Below, piece by piece: positions 26,341 to 38,300 of a stretch of 64,000 bases of DNA. The DNA comes from Squalus acanthias. Taxonomy: Eukaryota. The notes under the pieces were generated by a model. The model did not search any database. It had not been told where the DNA came from and worked only from the letters and a program-made list of their open reading frames with translations. The stretch lies in NCBI GenBank assembly GCA_030390025.1, contig CM059431.1, forward strand, positions 150,414,001 through 150,478,000, read 5' to 3'. The stretch's first letter is position 1, and every line of letters begins with the position of its first letter. The position numbers and the translations under genes were made by a program.

Positions 26341-29300
26341 CCCGGACTGGAGTCGCGGACACGCAGGCACACGGACTGGAGTGTCACGCGGAGCCCAGAA
26401 ATGTGGGTAATAGAATTACCGTTTACCGGCTCTTCCCCCCCCCCCCCCCCCCCCCCCCCCTCCTCCACACACATGTCCACTGACCTGCCTCTGGTGCTTT
26501 TTAAGTGTACGATGTGCCAATCGTCTGATGCACGTGTCTTCTGTGCTGCAGGCTCCATCCACTGCACCTTCCATCAAAGCGGCAACCACTACACGTGGAG
26601 AAAAGTCACCACCACAGTGCACAACATCATCGTAGGCAAGCTGTGGATCGACCAGGTGAGGGAGCGCTGCACTGTCGGCGGGACAGTACTGAGGGAGCGC
26701 TGCACTGTCGGAGGGGCAGTACTGAGGGAGCGCTGGACTGTCGGCGGGGCAGTACTGAGGGAGCGCCGCACTGTCGGAGGGACAGTACTGAGGGAGCGCC
26801 ACACTGTCGGAGGGACAGTACTGAGGGAGCACTGCACTGTCGGCGGGGCAGTACTGAGGAAGCGCTGCACTGTCGGAGGGACAGTACTGAGGGAGCGCTG
26901 CACTGTCGGAGGGGCAGTACTGAGGGAGCACTGCACTGTCGGAGGGGCAGTACTGAGGGAGTGCTGCACTGTCGGAGGGGCAGTACTGAGGGAGCACTGC
27001 ACTGTCGGAGGGGCAGTACTGAGGGAGTGCTGCACTAAGGGAGGGGCAGTACTGAGGGAGGGTCACTGCGCTGTCAGTTGGGCCAGTACTGAGGGAGCGC
27101 TGCACTGTCAAAGGGGCAGTACTGTGGGAGCGCTACACTGTCGGAGGGACAGTACTGAGGGAGCACCGCACTGTCGGAGGGGCAGTATCGAGGGAGCGCT
27201 GCACTGAGGGAGGGGCACTGCGCCGTCAGATGGGGCAGTACTGAGGGAGTGCTGCACTATCGAAGGTCCCGTCTTTCGGGTGAGATGTTAAACCGAGGCC
27301 CCGCCTGCTGTCTCAAGTGGACGTAAAAGATCCCATGGTCACTATTTGGAAGAAGAACAGGGGAGTTCTCCCCAGTGTCCTGGGGCCAATATTATCCCTC
27401 AACCAACATCACTTTTTAAAAAAAAAAAAACATTTGATCCAGTCATTTACTGCATTAGTTTTTGTGGAAGTTTTCTGTGCGCTCATTGGCTGCCGCCTTC
27501 CATACCTTACAATAGTGACAATACTTCAAACGTACATCATTGGCAGACAGCGGGGCAGTGGGATTAGTTTAGGATTGTTACAGGGCTATGGGGAGAGCAG
27601 GGCTGTGGGATTAGTTTGGGATTGATACAGGGCTATGGGGAGAGAGCGGGGCAGTGAGATTAGTTTGGGATTGATACAGGGCTATGGGGAGAGAGCGGGG
27701 CAGTGAGATTAGTTTGGGATTGATACAGGGCTATGGGGAGAGAGCGGGGCAGTGAGATTAGTTTGTGATTGATACAGGGCTATAGGGAGAGAGCGGGGCA
27801 GTGGGATTAGTTTGGGATTGATACAGGGCTATGGGGAGAGAGCAGGTCAGTGGGATTAGTTTGGAATTGCTCCAGAATGTAACCAATCGTACCGTGCTGG
27901 GCCAAATGGCCTCTGCTGTAACTGTGCGGTTGCATAAAAATCAATCTGGGTGACACTGAGATCGAGGACCCTGCTGCTAATTCTGGTGCAGAGTTTTGGG
28001 GATAGATTATCAGGATTAAAAAGTCCATTGGATACCGAACCCAGTTACTACAACTTCAGTCGTATTTCACAGTGCTATCTGGGATTAAATTTAACCCTTT
28101 TATCCCTGGTATCATTCTAAGGACAGGTTGCATGGACTAGGCTTGTAATCTCCTGAATAAAGATTAAGGGGTCATCTCATTGAGGTGTTTCTGATGGTTA
28201 AAGGAGTTGATAGGATAGATAGAGAGCAACTGTTTCCACTGGTGGGGGGAGTCCAGGACAAGGGGGCTTAACCTCAAAATGAGAGCTAGACCGTTCAGGG
28301 CTGATGTCAGGAAGCATCTCTTCATTCAAAGGGTAGTGGAAATCTGGAACTCTTTCTCTCTCTTTCCCCCCCCCCCCCACCAAAAAAAAGCTGTTGAGGC
28401 TGGGGGTCAATTGATAATTTCTAAACTGAGGTCGATACATTTTTGTTCGGTAGGGGTATTAAGGGTTACAGAACCAAAGCGGGTAAATGAAGTTGAGGTA
28501 CAGACCAGCCACAATCTAATTGAATGGCGGAACAGGCTCTCGGGGCTGAACGGCATCCTCCTGTTCCTGTGCAACAGACTCGAGGGGCTGAATGGCCTCC
28601 TCCTGTTCCTGTGTAACAGGCTCGAGGGGCTGAATGGCCTCCTCCTGTTCCAATATAACAGGCTCGAGGGGCAGAATGGCCTCCTCCTGTTCCAATATAA
28701 CAGGCTCGAGGGGCAGAATGGGCCTCCTCCTGTTCCTGTGTAACAGGCTCGAGGGGCTGAACGGCCTCCTCCTGTTCCAATGTAACAGGCTCTCGGAGCT
28801 GAACGGCCTCCTCCTGTTCCTGTGTAACAGGCTCGAGGGGCTGAACGGCCTCCTCCTGTTCCTGTGTAACAGGCTCGAGGGGCTGAATGGCCTCCTACTG
28901 TTCCAATGTAACAGGCTCGAGGGGGCTGAATGGCCTCCTCCTGTTACATAAGAACATAAGAAATAGGAGCAGGAGTAGGCCAATCGGCCCCTCGAGCCTG
29001 CTCCGCCATTCAATAAGATCATGGCTGATCTGATCCTAACCGCCAATCTACTATCTATCACAGAACCATCTCCTGCATCTAACAGAATTGCACACACGAA
29101 ATAGGAGCAGAATCAGGCTACACGGTCCCTGGGCCCGCTCCACTAACCACAGGGCCATGACCGATCCGAACCTAGACTCATGTCCAAATTCCTGCCCGCT
29201 CCCCGTAACCCTTAATGCCCTTTACTTCTAGGAAACTGTCTATTTCTGTTTTAAATTTAATTAATGTTGTAGCTTCTACAGCTTTTTGTGGCAGCATATT

Positions 29301-32300
29301 CCATGGACCTACCACCCTCTGAGTGAAGTAGTTCCTCCTCATCTCAGTTTTGAAAGAGCAGCCCCTTATTCTAAGACTATGTCCCCTAGTTCTAGTCTCA
29401 CCCGTCATCGGGAACATCCTCCCCGCATCCACCCGATCCAACCCCTTCACAATCTTATATGTTTCAATAACGGCCTCCTCCTGTTCCTGTGTAACAGGCT
29501 GTCGGAGCTGAACGGCCTCCTCCTGTTCCTGTGTAACAGGCTCGAGGGGCTGAACGGCCTCCTCCTGTTCCAATGTAACAGGCTCTCGGAGCTGAACGGC
29601 CTCCTCCTGTTCCTGTGTAACAGGCTCGAGGGGCTGAATGGCCTCCTCCTGTTCCAATATAACAGGCTCGAGGGGCAGAATGGGCCTCCTCCTGTTCCAA
29701 TATAACAGGCTCGAGGGGCAGAATGGGCCTCCTCCTGTTCCAATGTAACAGGCTCTCGGAGCTGAACGGCCTCCTCCTGTTCCTGTGTAACAGGCTCGAG
29801 GGACTGAACGGCCTCCTCCTGTTCCAATGTAACAGGCTCTCGGAGCTGAACGGCCTCCTCCTGTTCCTGTGTAACAGGCTCGAGGGGCTGAATGGCCTCC
29901 TCCTGTTCCTGTGTAACAGGCTCGAGGGGTTAAATGGCCTCCTCCTGTTCCTGTGTAACAGGCTCGAGGGGTTAAATGGCCTCCTCCTGTTCCTGTGTAA
30001 CAGGCTCGAGGGGCTGAATGGCCTCCTCCTGTTCCAATGTAACCGGCTCGAGGGGGCTGAATGGCCTCCTCCTGTTCCTGTGTAACAGGCTGTCGGAGCT
30101 GAACGGCCTCCTCCTGTTCCTGTGTAACAGGCTCGAGGGGCTGAACGGCCTCCTCCTGTTCCAGTGTAACGGGCTCTCTGAGCTGAACGGCCTCCTCCTG
30201 TTCCAATGTAACAGGCTCTCGGAGCTGAACGGCCTCCTCTTGTTTCTGTGTAACAGGCTCGAGGGGCTGAATGGCCTCCTCCTGTTCCTGTGTAACAGGC
30301 TCGAGGGGTTAAATGGACTCCTCCTGTTCCTGTGTAACAGGCTCGAGAGGCTGAATGGCCTCCTCCTGTTCCAATGTAACAGGCTCGAGGGGCTGAATGG
30401 CCTCCTACTGTTCCTGTGTAACAGGCTCGAGAGGCTGAATGGCCTCCTCCTGTTCCTGTGTAACAGGCTCGAGGGGCTGAATGGCCTCCTACTGTTCCTG
30501 TGTAACAGGCTCGAGGGGGCTGAATGGCCTCCTCCTGTTCCTGTGTAACAGGCTCGAGGGGTTAAATGGCTTCCTCCTGTGTTCCGAGGATACTTGAACT
30601 GACCAGTACTTACCGTCGCGCTCTTGTTTTTGTGCTAACAGAGTGGGGAAATCGACATCATCAACAAGAGGACAGGGGACCGGTGCCACCTAAAGTTTGC
30701 ACCTTACAGCTATTTCTCCCGGGACGTGGCACGGAAGGTAGGTTCCCCTCTCACTCTCACTCACACTCGCCCGTTATCCACACCTTTGCCCCCAGCCCCG
30801 TGCTCGCTGACCGACATTGACTCTCGGTCGCCCTGCCCAATTTCCATTCCTCTGTTCAAACCCCTCCATGGCTTCACCCCTTCCCGATCTCTCTAACCTC
30901 CTCTAGCCCTACAACCCTCAGATATCTGCGTTCCTCCAATTCTGGCCGCTTGCACATCCCCCCCCCACCCACCCACCCACCCACGATTTTAATCGCTCCA
31001 CCATTGGCGGCCGTGCCTTCAGCCGCTGAGGCCCCAAAGACTGGAATTCCCTTCCTAAACCCCTCTCCCTCTATCTCCTCCTTTAAGACGCTCCTTAAAA
31101 CCTACCTCTTTGTCCAAGCTTTTGGTCAGCTGTCCTAATATTGTGGCTCGATAATTTTGTTCGATAATCGCTCCTGTGAAGCGCCTTGGGACTTACTACA
31201 GTAAAGGTGCTGTATGAATGGAAGCTGTTTTGAAGCTGTCCCCCTCAAACCTCCCTGCCCCCCCCTGCTCTCCCCCCAGATATCCATCATATTCTTATTG
31301 CTAACTTGTTCTTTGGATGTGGGTGGAGCTTACAAGGGTCCCATTGATTGTCCATTTCCCTACTTTGGCTCTTTATGCCCTGAAAGCAATGAAATAGTGT
31401 GGGACCTGAGTCACATGTAGGTCAGGTCAGGTAGGGTGGGAGAAGGTTGCCTTCTCAATACAACTCCTGGGAAGCATTCGGGTGTCAATTCCCCCCTCCC
31501 CTACCCTTATTGGGCAGGAATCTATCAGGAAAGGCTGGGGCTCTTTTCCAGGGATGAGGGGTGACCTCATGGAGGTCTTTAAGATAATGAAAGGGTTTGA
31601 TGGGGTAGACATGGAGAAGGTGCTTCCACTTGTGTGGGGTTGGGGGAGGAAGTTCAAAACTGGGGGCCATCAAAGTAAGATGGTCACTAATAAATCCAAC
31701 AGAAGAATTCAGGAGGAATTGATTTACCCAGAGAGTGATGAGAAGGTGGAACTCGCTACCCCAGGTACTGGTTGAGGCGAATAGCATAGATCCATTTACT
31801 GGAAGCTTGGTAAACACATGAGGGAGATAGGAATAGATGGATATGTTGATAGGGTGGGAGGATGCTCGCTTGGAGCATAAACACCGGCACGGAGCTGTGG
31901 GCTGAATCATAGAATCCTACAGCACAGAAGGAGGCCATTCGGCCCGTCGTCTGTTCCGCCTCTTTGAAAGAGCTCTCCCACTAATCCCACATCCCAGCTT
32001 TTTCCGTCTTTGGGATGAGACGTTAAACTGCTCTCTCGGGTAGACGTAAAAGATCCCATGGCACTATTCGAAGAAGAGCAGGGGAGTTCTCCCCGGTGTC
32101 CTGGCCAATATTTATGCTTCAATCAACATCACTAAAAACAAATGATCTGGTCATTATCACATTGCTGTTTGTGGGAGCTTGCTGTGCACAAATTGGCTGC
32201 CGCGTTTCCCACATTACAAGCACGACTACACTCCAAAAGTACTTCATTGGCTGTAAAGCGCTTTGAGACGTCCGGTGGTTGTGTAAGGCGCTATAGAAAT

Positions 32301-35300
32301 GCAAGTCTGTCTTTCTTTCATAAGCCTGCAAATTAGTCCTCTACAAGTACACGTCCAATTGCCTTGTGACAGTTCCTATGGAATCTGACTCCACCGCTCT
32401 TTCAGGTAGTGTGGTCCAGATCTTAACAAACCCTCTCCATGTGAAGAAATCTCTCCTCCTTTCCCCTCTGGTTCTTGTGCCAATTATTTTAAATCAGTGA
32501 CCTCTGGTTATCGACCTGGTTGCCAGAGGAAACGGTTTCTCCCTGCTTTCTCGATCAAAAACCCCTTTTTAAATTTCGAATACCTGTAATAGGCCCCCCC
32601 TTAACCTTCTCTGCTCTAAGGAGAACAACCCCAGCTTCTCCAGTCTCTCCACACAGCTGAAGTCCCTCATCCCTGGTAGCACCCTGGTCAACCTCCGCTG
32701 TACCCTCTCCAGGGCCTTGATGTCCTTAAACGCAGGGCCCAGAATTGGACACAATGCTCCAGCTGAGGCCTAATCAAAGATTTGTAAAGGTTCAGCATGA
32801 CTTCCTTCTTTTTGTATTCAATGCCCCTATTTACAAAGCCAAGTATTCCAAGCGCTTTCTTACCCGCCTTATCAACTTGCCCTGCCACCTTCCAAGATTT
32901 GTGACGATGCACCCCCAAGTCCCTCTGTTCTTGTAGCCCTCCCCCGTGCCCGCTAAGGAGATTTACCAGAATGCTACCAGGGATGAAAGACTTTCAATAT
33001 GTGGAGAGACTGGAGAAGCTGGGGTTGTTCTCCTTAGAGCAGAGAAGCTTAAGGGGAGATTTGATGGAGGTGTTCAAAATTGTGAAGGGTTTTGACAGAG
33101 TAAATAGGCAGACTCTGTTCCCAGTGGCAGGAGGGTCGGTAACCAGAGGACACAGACTTAAGGTAGTTGGCAAAAGAACCAGAGGCAACATGAGGGGGAA
33201 AAAAATGTCTGCAACGAGTTATGATCTGGAATGCACTGCCTGAAAGGGTGGTGGAAGCAGATTCAATAGTAACTTTCAAAAAGGGAATTGGATAAATACT
33301 TACATAGAATTACATAGATTGTACGAGTTTAAAAGAATGAGAGGGGATCTCATTGAAACGTATAAAATTCTGACAGACTGGATGCAGGGAGGATGTTTCC
33401 CCTGACTGGGGGATCTAGAACGAGGGGTCACAGTCTCAGGATATGGGGGAGGACATTTAGGACTGAGATGAGGAGAAATTTCTTCACTCAGAGGGTGGTG
33501 AACCTGTGGAATTCTCTACCACAGAAGGCGATGGAGGCCAAGTCACTGAATATATAGAAGGAGATAGATAGATTTCTAGACACAAAAGCCATCAAGGGGT
33601 CTGGGGAGAGAGCGGGAATATGGGATTGAGATGGAGGATCAGCCATGCTCTTATGGAATGGCGGAGCAGGCTCGAAGGGCTGAATGGCCTACTCCTGCTC
33701 CTATTTTTCTATGTACAGCACAGAAACAGGCCATTTGGCCCAACTGGTCCGTGCCAGTGTTCGTGCTCCACACCAGCCTCCCCCCACCCTTCTTCATATC
33801 ACCCATCAGCAGGACCCTCTATATTCCTTTCCCCCTCATGTATTTATCGAGCTTCCTCTTAAATGCGCACCACGTGGTTTACTCCTGATCCCCCTCAGAG
33901 CAACTAGGAACAGGCAACATGTGAGGACATGCCAGCATTGGGCAGATGCTGCTCGCAAATCTAGCAGCTTAACAAACTATATCACTGCATCATTACAGTG
34001 ACGAAGGCAAATACTTACCTCCTTCTGGGCTGTGTGATTCTATGATGGTTTGGGGCATTGCTGATGGTGAATTAAACACGATAAAAAAAGCATAAACACT
34101 GTGGGTGCTGGAAACGTTATGGGTGTGCGGTTTGAGATGTGGAGCGATTGCCTGACGTCTGACTTCTTTTGGGTTTTTTTATCGCTGGGGTCGTAGGTCA
34201 CTGGTGTTGTGACTGACATCGGGGGCAAAGCTCACTACATCCTCTCGGGGACGTGGGACGAGAAGATGGACTACTCGCGGGTCCTGCACAGCAGCAAAGG
34301 GGAGAACGGCACGGAGGGGAGGCAGAAGACGGTGTACGAGACCCTGCGGGGGAAGGAGCTGTGGAAGAGGCACAAAGCCCCGTGAGTTGTTCCCAGGCAG
34401 GCGCACGCGAGCGCCCCTCAACCTCCGAGACACTCCCCACTCCGGGTCCACACCATCCCAACTTGGAGCTATATCGGCCGGTCCTTCGCTGCCACTGGGT
34501 CCAAATCCTTGAACTCCCCTTCCCGACAGCGCTGCGGGAGCACGGCACGGACTGCACCAGATCATCAGCCCCCCTCCTCCGGTGCTGACCTGAATTGACT
34601 CCCGGTCCGGCAACACCTCGCTTTTTCAAATTCTCCACCCTTGTCTTCAAATTCCTCCATGGCCTTGCCCCCCCCCCCCTCCATATCTCCGTAAACTCCT
34701 CCAGCCCTACATCCCTCCGAGATCTCTGCACTCCTCCAATTCTGGCTTCTTGCGCACTCTCCCCCCCCCCCCCCCCCCCCCCCCACCCCCCCCGATTTTA
34801 ATCGCTCACCATTGGCAGCCGTGCCTTCAGCTGCGAAGGCCCTAAACTCCGGGATTCCCTCCCTAAACCCCCCTCTCCGCCTTTAAGACGCTCCTCAAAA
34901 CCTTACTCTTTGACCAAGCTTTTTGGCCATCTGTCCTGATGTCTCCTGATGTGGCTCGGTGTCGACTTTAATTTGAGAAGTCGCACAACACCAGGTTATA
35001 GTCCAACAGTTTTATTTGAAATCGCAAGCTTTCAGAGCGCTGCTCCTTCGTCAGGTGAAGTGAAGGAATACAAATCGGCAGCTCCGAAAGCTTGTGATTT
35101 CAAATAAAACTGTTGGACTATAACCTGGTGTTGTGCGACTTCTCACATTTGTCCACCCCAGTCCAACACCGGCATCCCCGCATCGTGGACTTTAATTTGC
35201 TAATTGCTCCTGTCAAGCAACCTGGGGCGTTTTGACGAGGTTAAAGGTGCTGTATAAATGGGAGCTGTTCAAGAAGAAGGCTCACCACCACCTTCTCAAG

Positions 35301-38300
35301 GGGCAACGAGGGGCTGTGCAACAATGGGTGTCGGCCGTGGCTCAGTGGGTCGCACTCTCGCCTCTGAGTCAGAGGGTTGTGGGTTCGAGTCCCACTACAG
35401 TGACTTGAAACCCATAATCTAGGCCGACACTCCCAATGCCAGTACTGAGGAAGCACTGCACCGTCTGAGGTGCCCCCTCAGGTAGACGTGAAAGATCTCA
35501 GGGCCACTTTTGGAAGAAGAGCAGAAGGAGTTCTCCCCGGTATTCTGGGCCAATATTTATCCCTCAACCAACATCACTAAATAACAACACAGATTTACTC
35601 TCTATCTAACCCCATGCTGCACCTGCCCTGGAGATTGCTTGATGGGACAGTGTAGAGGGAGCTTTACTCTGTATCTAACCCGTGCTGTACCTGCCCTGGG
35701 AGTGTTTGATGGGACAGTGTAGAGGGAGCTTTACTCTGTATCTAACCCGTGCTGTACCTGCCCTGGGAGTGTTTGATGGGACAGTGTAGAGGGAGCTTTA
35801 CTCTGTATCTAACCCATGCTGTACCTGCCCTGGGAGTGTTTGATGGGACAGTGCAGAGGGAGCTTTACTCTGTGTCTAACCCGTGCTGTACCTGCCCTGG
35901 GAGTGTTTGATGCGACAGTGTAGAGGGAGCTTTACTCTGTATCTAACCTGTGCTGCACCTGCCCTGGGAGTGTTTGATGGGACAGTGTAGAGGGAGCTTT
36001 ACTCTGTATCTAACCCGTGCTGTACCTGCCCTGGGAGTGTTTGATGGGGCAGTGTAGAGGGAGCTTTACTCTGTATCTAACCCCGTGCTATACCTGCCCT
36101 GGGAGTGTTTGATGGGGCAATGTAGAGGGAGCTTTACTCTGTATCTAACCCCGTGCTGCACCTGCCCTGGGAGTGTTTGATGGGACAATGTAGAGGGAGC
36201 TTTACTCTGTATCTAACCCGTGCTGTACCTGCCCTGGGAGTGTTTGATGCGACAGTGTAGAGGGAGCTTTACTCTGTATCTAACCTGTGCTGCACCTGCC
36301 CTGGGAGTGTTTGATGGGACAGTGTAGAGGGAGCTTTACTCTGTATCTAACCCGTGCTGTACCTGCCCTGGGAGTGTTTGATGGGGCAGTGTAGAGGGAG
36401 CTTTACTCTGTATCTAACCCCGTGCTGCACCTGCCCTGGGAGTGTTTGATGGGACAGTGCAGAGGGAGCTTTACTCTGTATCTAACCCCGTGCTATACCT
36501 GCCCTGGGAGTGTCTGACGGACAGCGTCGAGGGAGCTGTTGTGGAGTATTTTAAACAACACTCGACACAAGGTGTTAGATCGTTATTCAAATGGTCTTTA
36601 TTCCACCGGTGGGGAGACGATCTCTACTGGCGCACCAGGAGATTTCTCCAAATTGATACAGTAACCGTTACATATTTACGCGTTCAAAAGTCGTGGTAGC
36701 CTCGTGCACAATCCCGTTACACTTTTAATTGGCTTAAAGCCCGCGTGCGCAGTTGGCTAATTCCCTATCTCGCGTCACATGACTATTCGCTTTTATTTAT
36801 TGTCACATGATATTTCTGATCTCACCTGTTATAATTTTGTGACCTTTAGTAAAACCGCATGTCTGCATTTCTGTCTCGCTGTGCCCCGTGTGGTTTTACT
36901 GATCTCTCGGTTCCATAGTTTGTGGTTAATCAGAGATGGTGCTTCTGAGCTAGTTTCATCTAATCTTGAAAAGCATGGAGACCTTGTGGTCAGCATGTCT
37001 GAGCTTTCTCCGCCAGTCTCTGTCTTAACCGTTTCTAGTGTGCAAGCTGCATTGTTAACCCCTTAATTCCTGAAGGGTGCCGATGCCCTACTTCAGGAGC
37101 TTTAATCTGTATCTGTTCTGCTGGGGCCGGGGACAGGAAGGTGGGGCTTGGCTGTGATGCTCCTCCGGGTTGAAGAGCAGAGTTGCGGAATGGCAATTCC
37201 GGGGGCTGGTAGAGGGAGCGCGGGGCGTCTGTATGGGGTGGGGGGGGGGCTCTGAATCCGAGGATGCGGGATTAAACACCTCCCACTCTGCTCCCTCCTG
37301 TCCCGCCAGGGAACACGCGGAGACCATGTACTACTTCTCGGAGCTGGCCCTGACCCTGAACGAGCCGGAGGATGGGGTGGCCCCCACCGACAGCCGCCTG
37401 CGGCCCGACCAGAGGCTGATGGAGAACGGCAGGTGGGACGAGGCCAACATGGAGAAGCAGCGGCTGGAGGAGAAGCAGCGAGCCGTGCGGCGCAAGCGGG
37501 AGTCCGACGTCAGCAGGATCACCGAGGACGGTAAGGGTCGGGGAAGGGGGAGGTGAGGGCTGTCTCGGGGGGAAGGGGGAGGTGAGGGCTGTCTCGGGGG
37601 GAAGGGGGAGGTGAGGGCTGTCTCGGGGGGAAGGGGGAGGTGAGGGCTGTCTCGGGGGGAAGGGGGAGGTGAGGGCTGTCTCGGGGGGGAAGGGGGAGGT
37701 GAGGGCTGTCTCGGGGGGGGGGGGGGGAAGCGGGAGGTGAGGGCTGTCTCGGGGGGGGAAGGGGGAGGTGAGGGCTGTCTCGGGGGAAGGGGGAGGTGAG
37801 GGCTGTCTCGGGGGGAAGGGGGAGGTGAGGGCTGCCTCGGGGGGGGGGGGGGGGAGGGGGAGGTGAGGGCTGTCTCGGGGGGAAGGGGGAGGTGAGTGCT
37901 GTCTCGGGGGGGAAGGGGGAGGTGAGGGCTGTCTCGGGGGGAAGGGGGAGGTGAGGGCTGTCTCGGGGGGGAAGGGGGAGGTGAGGGCTGTCTCGGGGGG
38001 AAGGGGGAGGTGAGTGCTGTCTCGGGGGGGAAGGGGGAGGTGAGGGCTGTCTCGGGGGAAGGGGGAGGTGAGGGCTGTCTCGGGGGGAAGGGGGAGGTGA
38101 GGGCTGTCTCGGGGGGGGGGGGGGAAGGGGGAGGTGAGGGCTGTCTCGGGGGGGAGGTGAGGGCTGTCTCGGGGGGAAGGGGGAGGTGAGGGCTGTCTCG
38201 GGGGGAAGGGGGAGGTGAGGGCTGTCTCGGGGGGAAGGGGGAGCTGAGGTCTGTCTCGGGGGAAGGGGGAGGTGAGGGCTGTCTCGGGGGGAAGGGGGAG

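Noticed and set aside
28531..30580. LRR-like peptide LLLFLCNRLEGLNG repeated
   Set aside because: The unit is the CR1 3' UTR terminus; the 14-aa period follows from the 42-bp unit.
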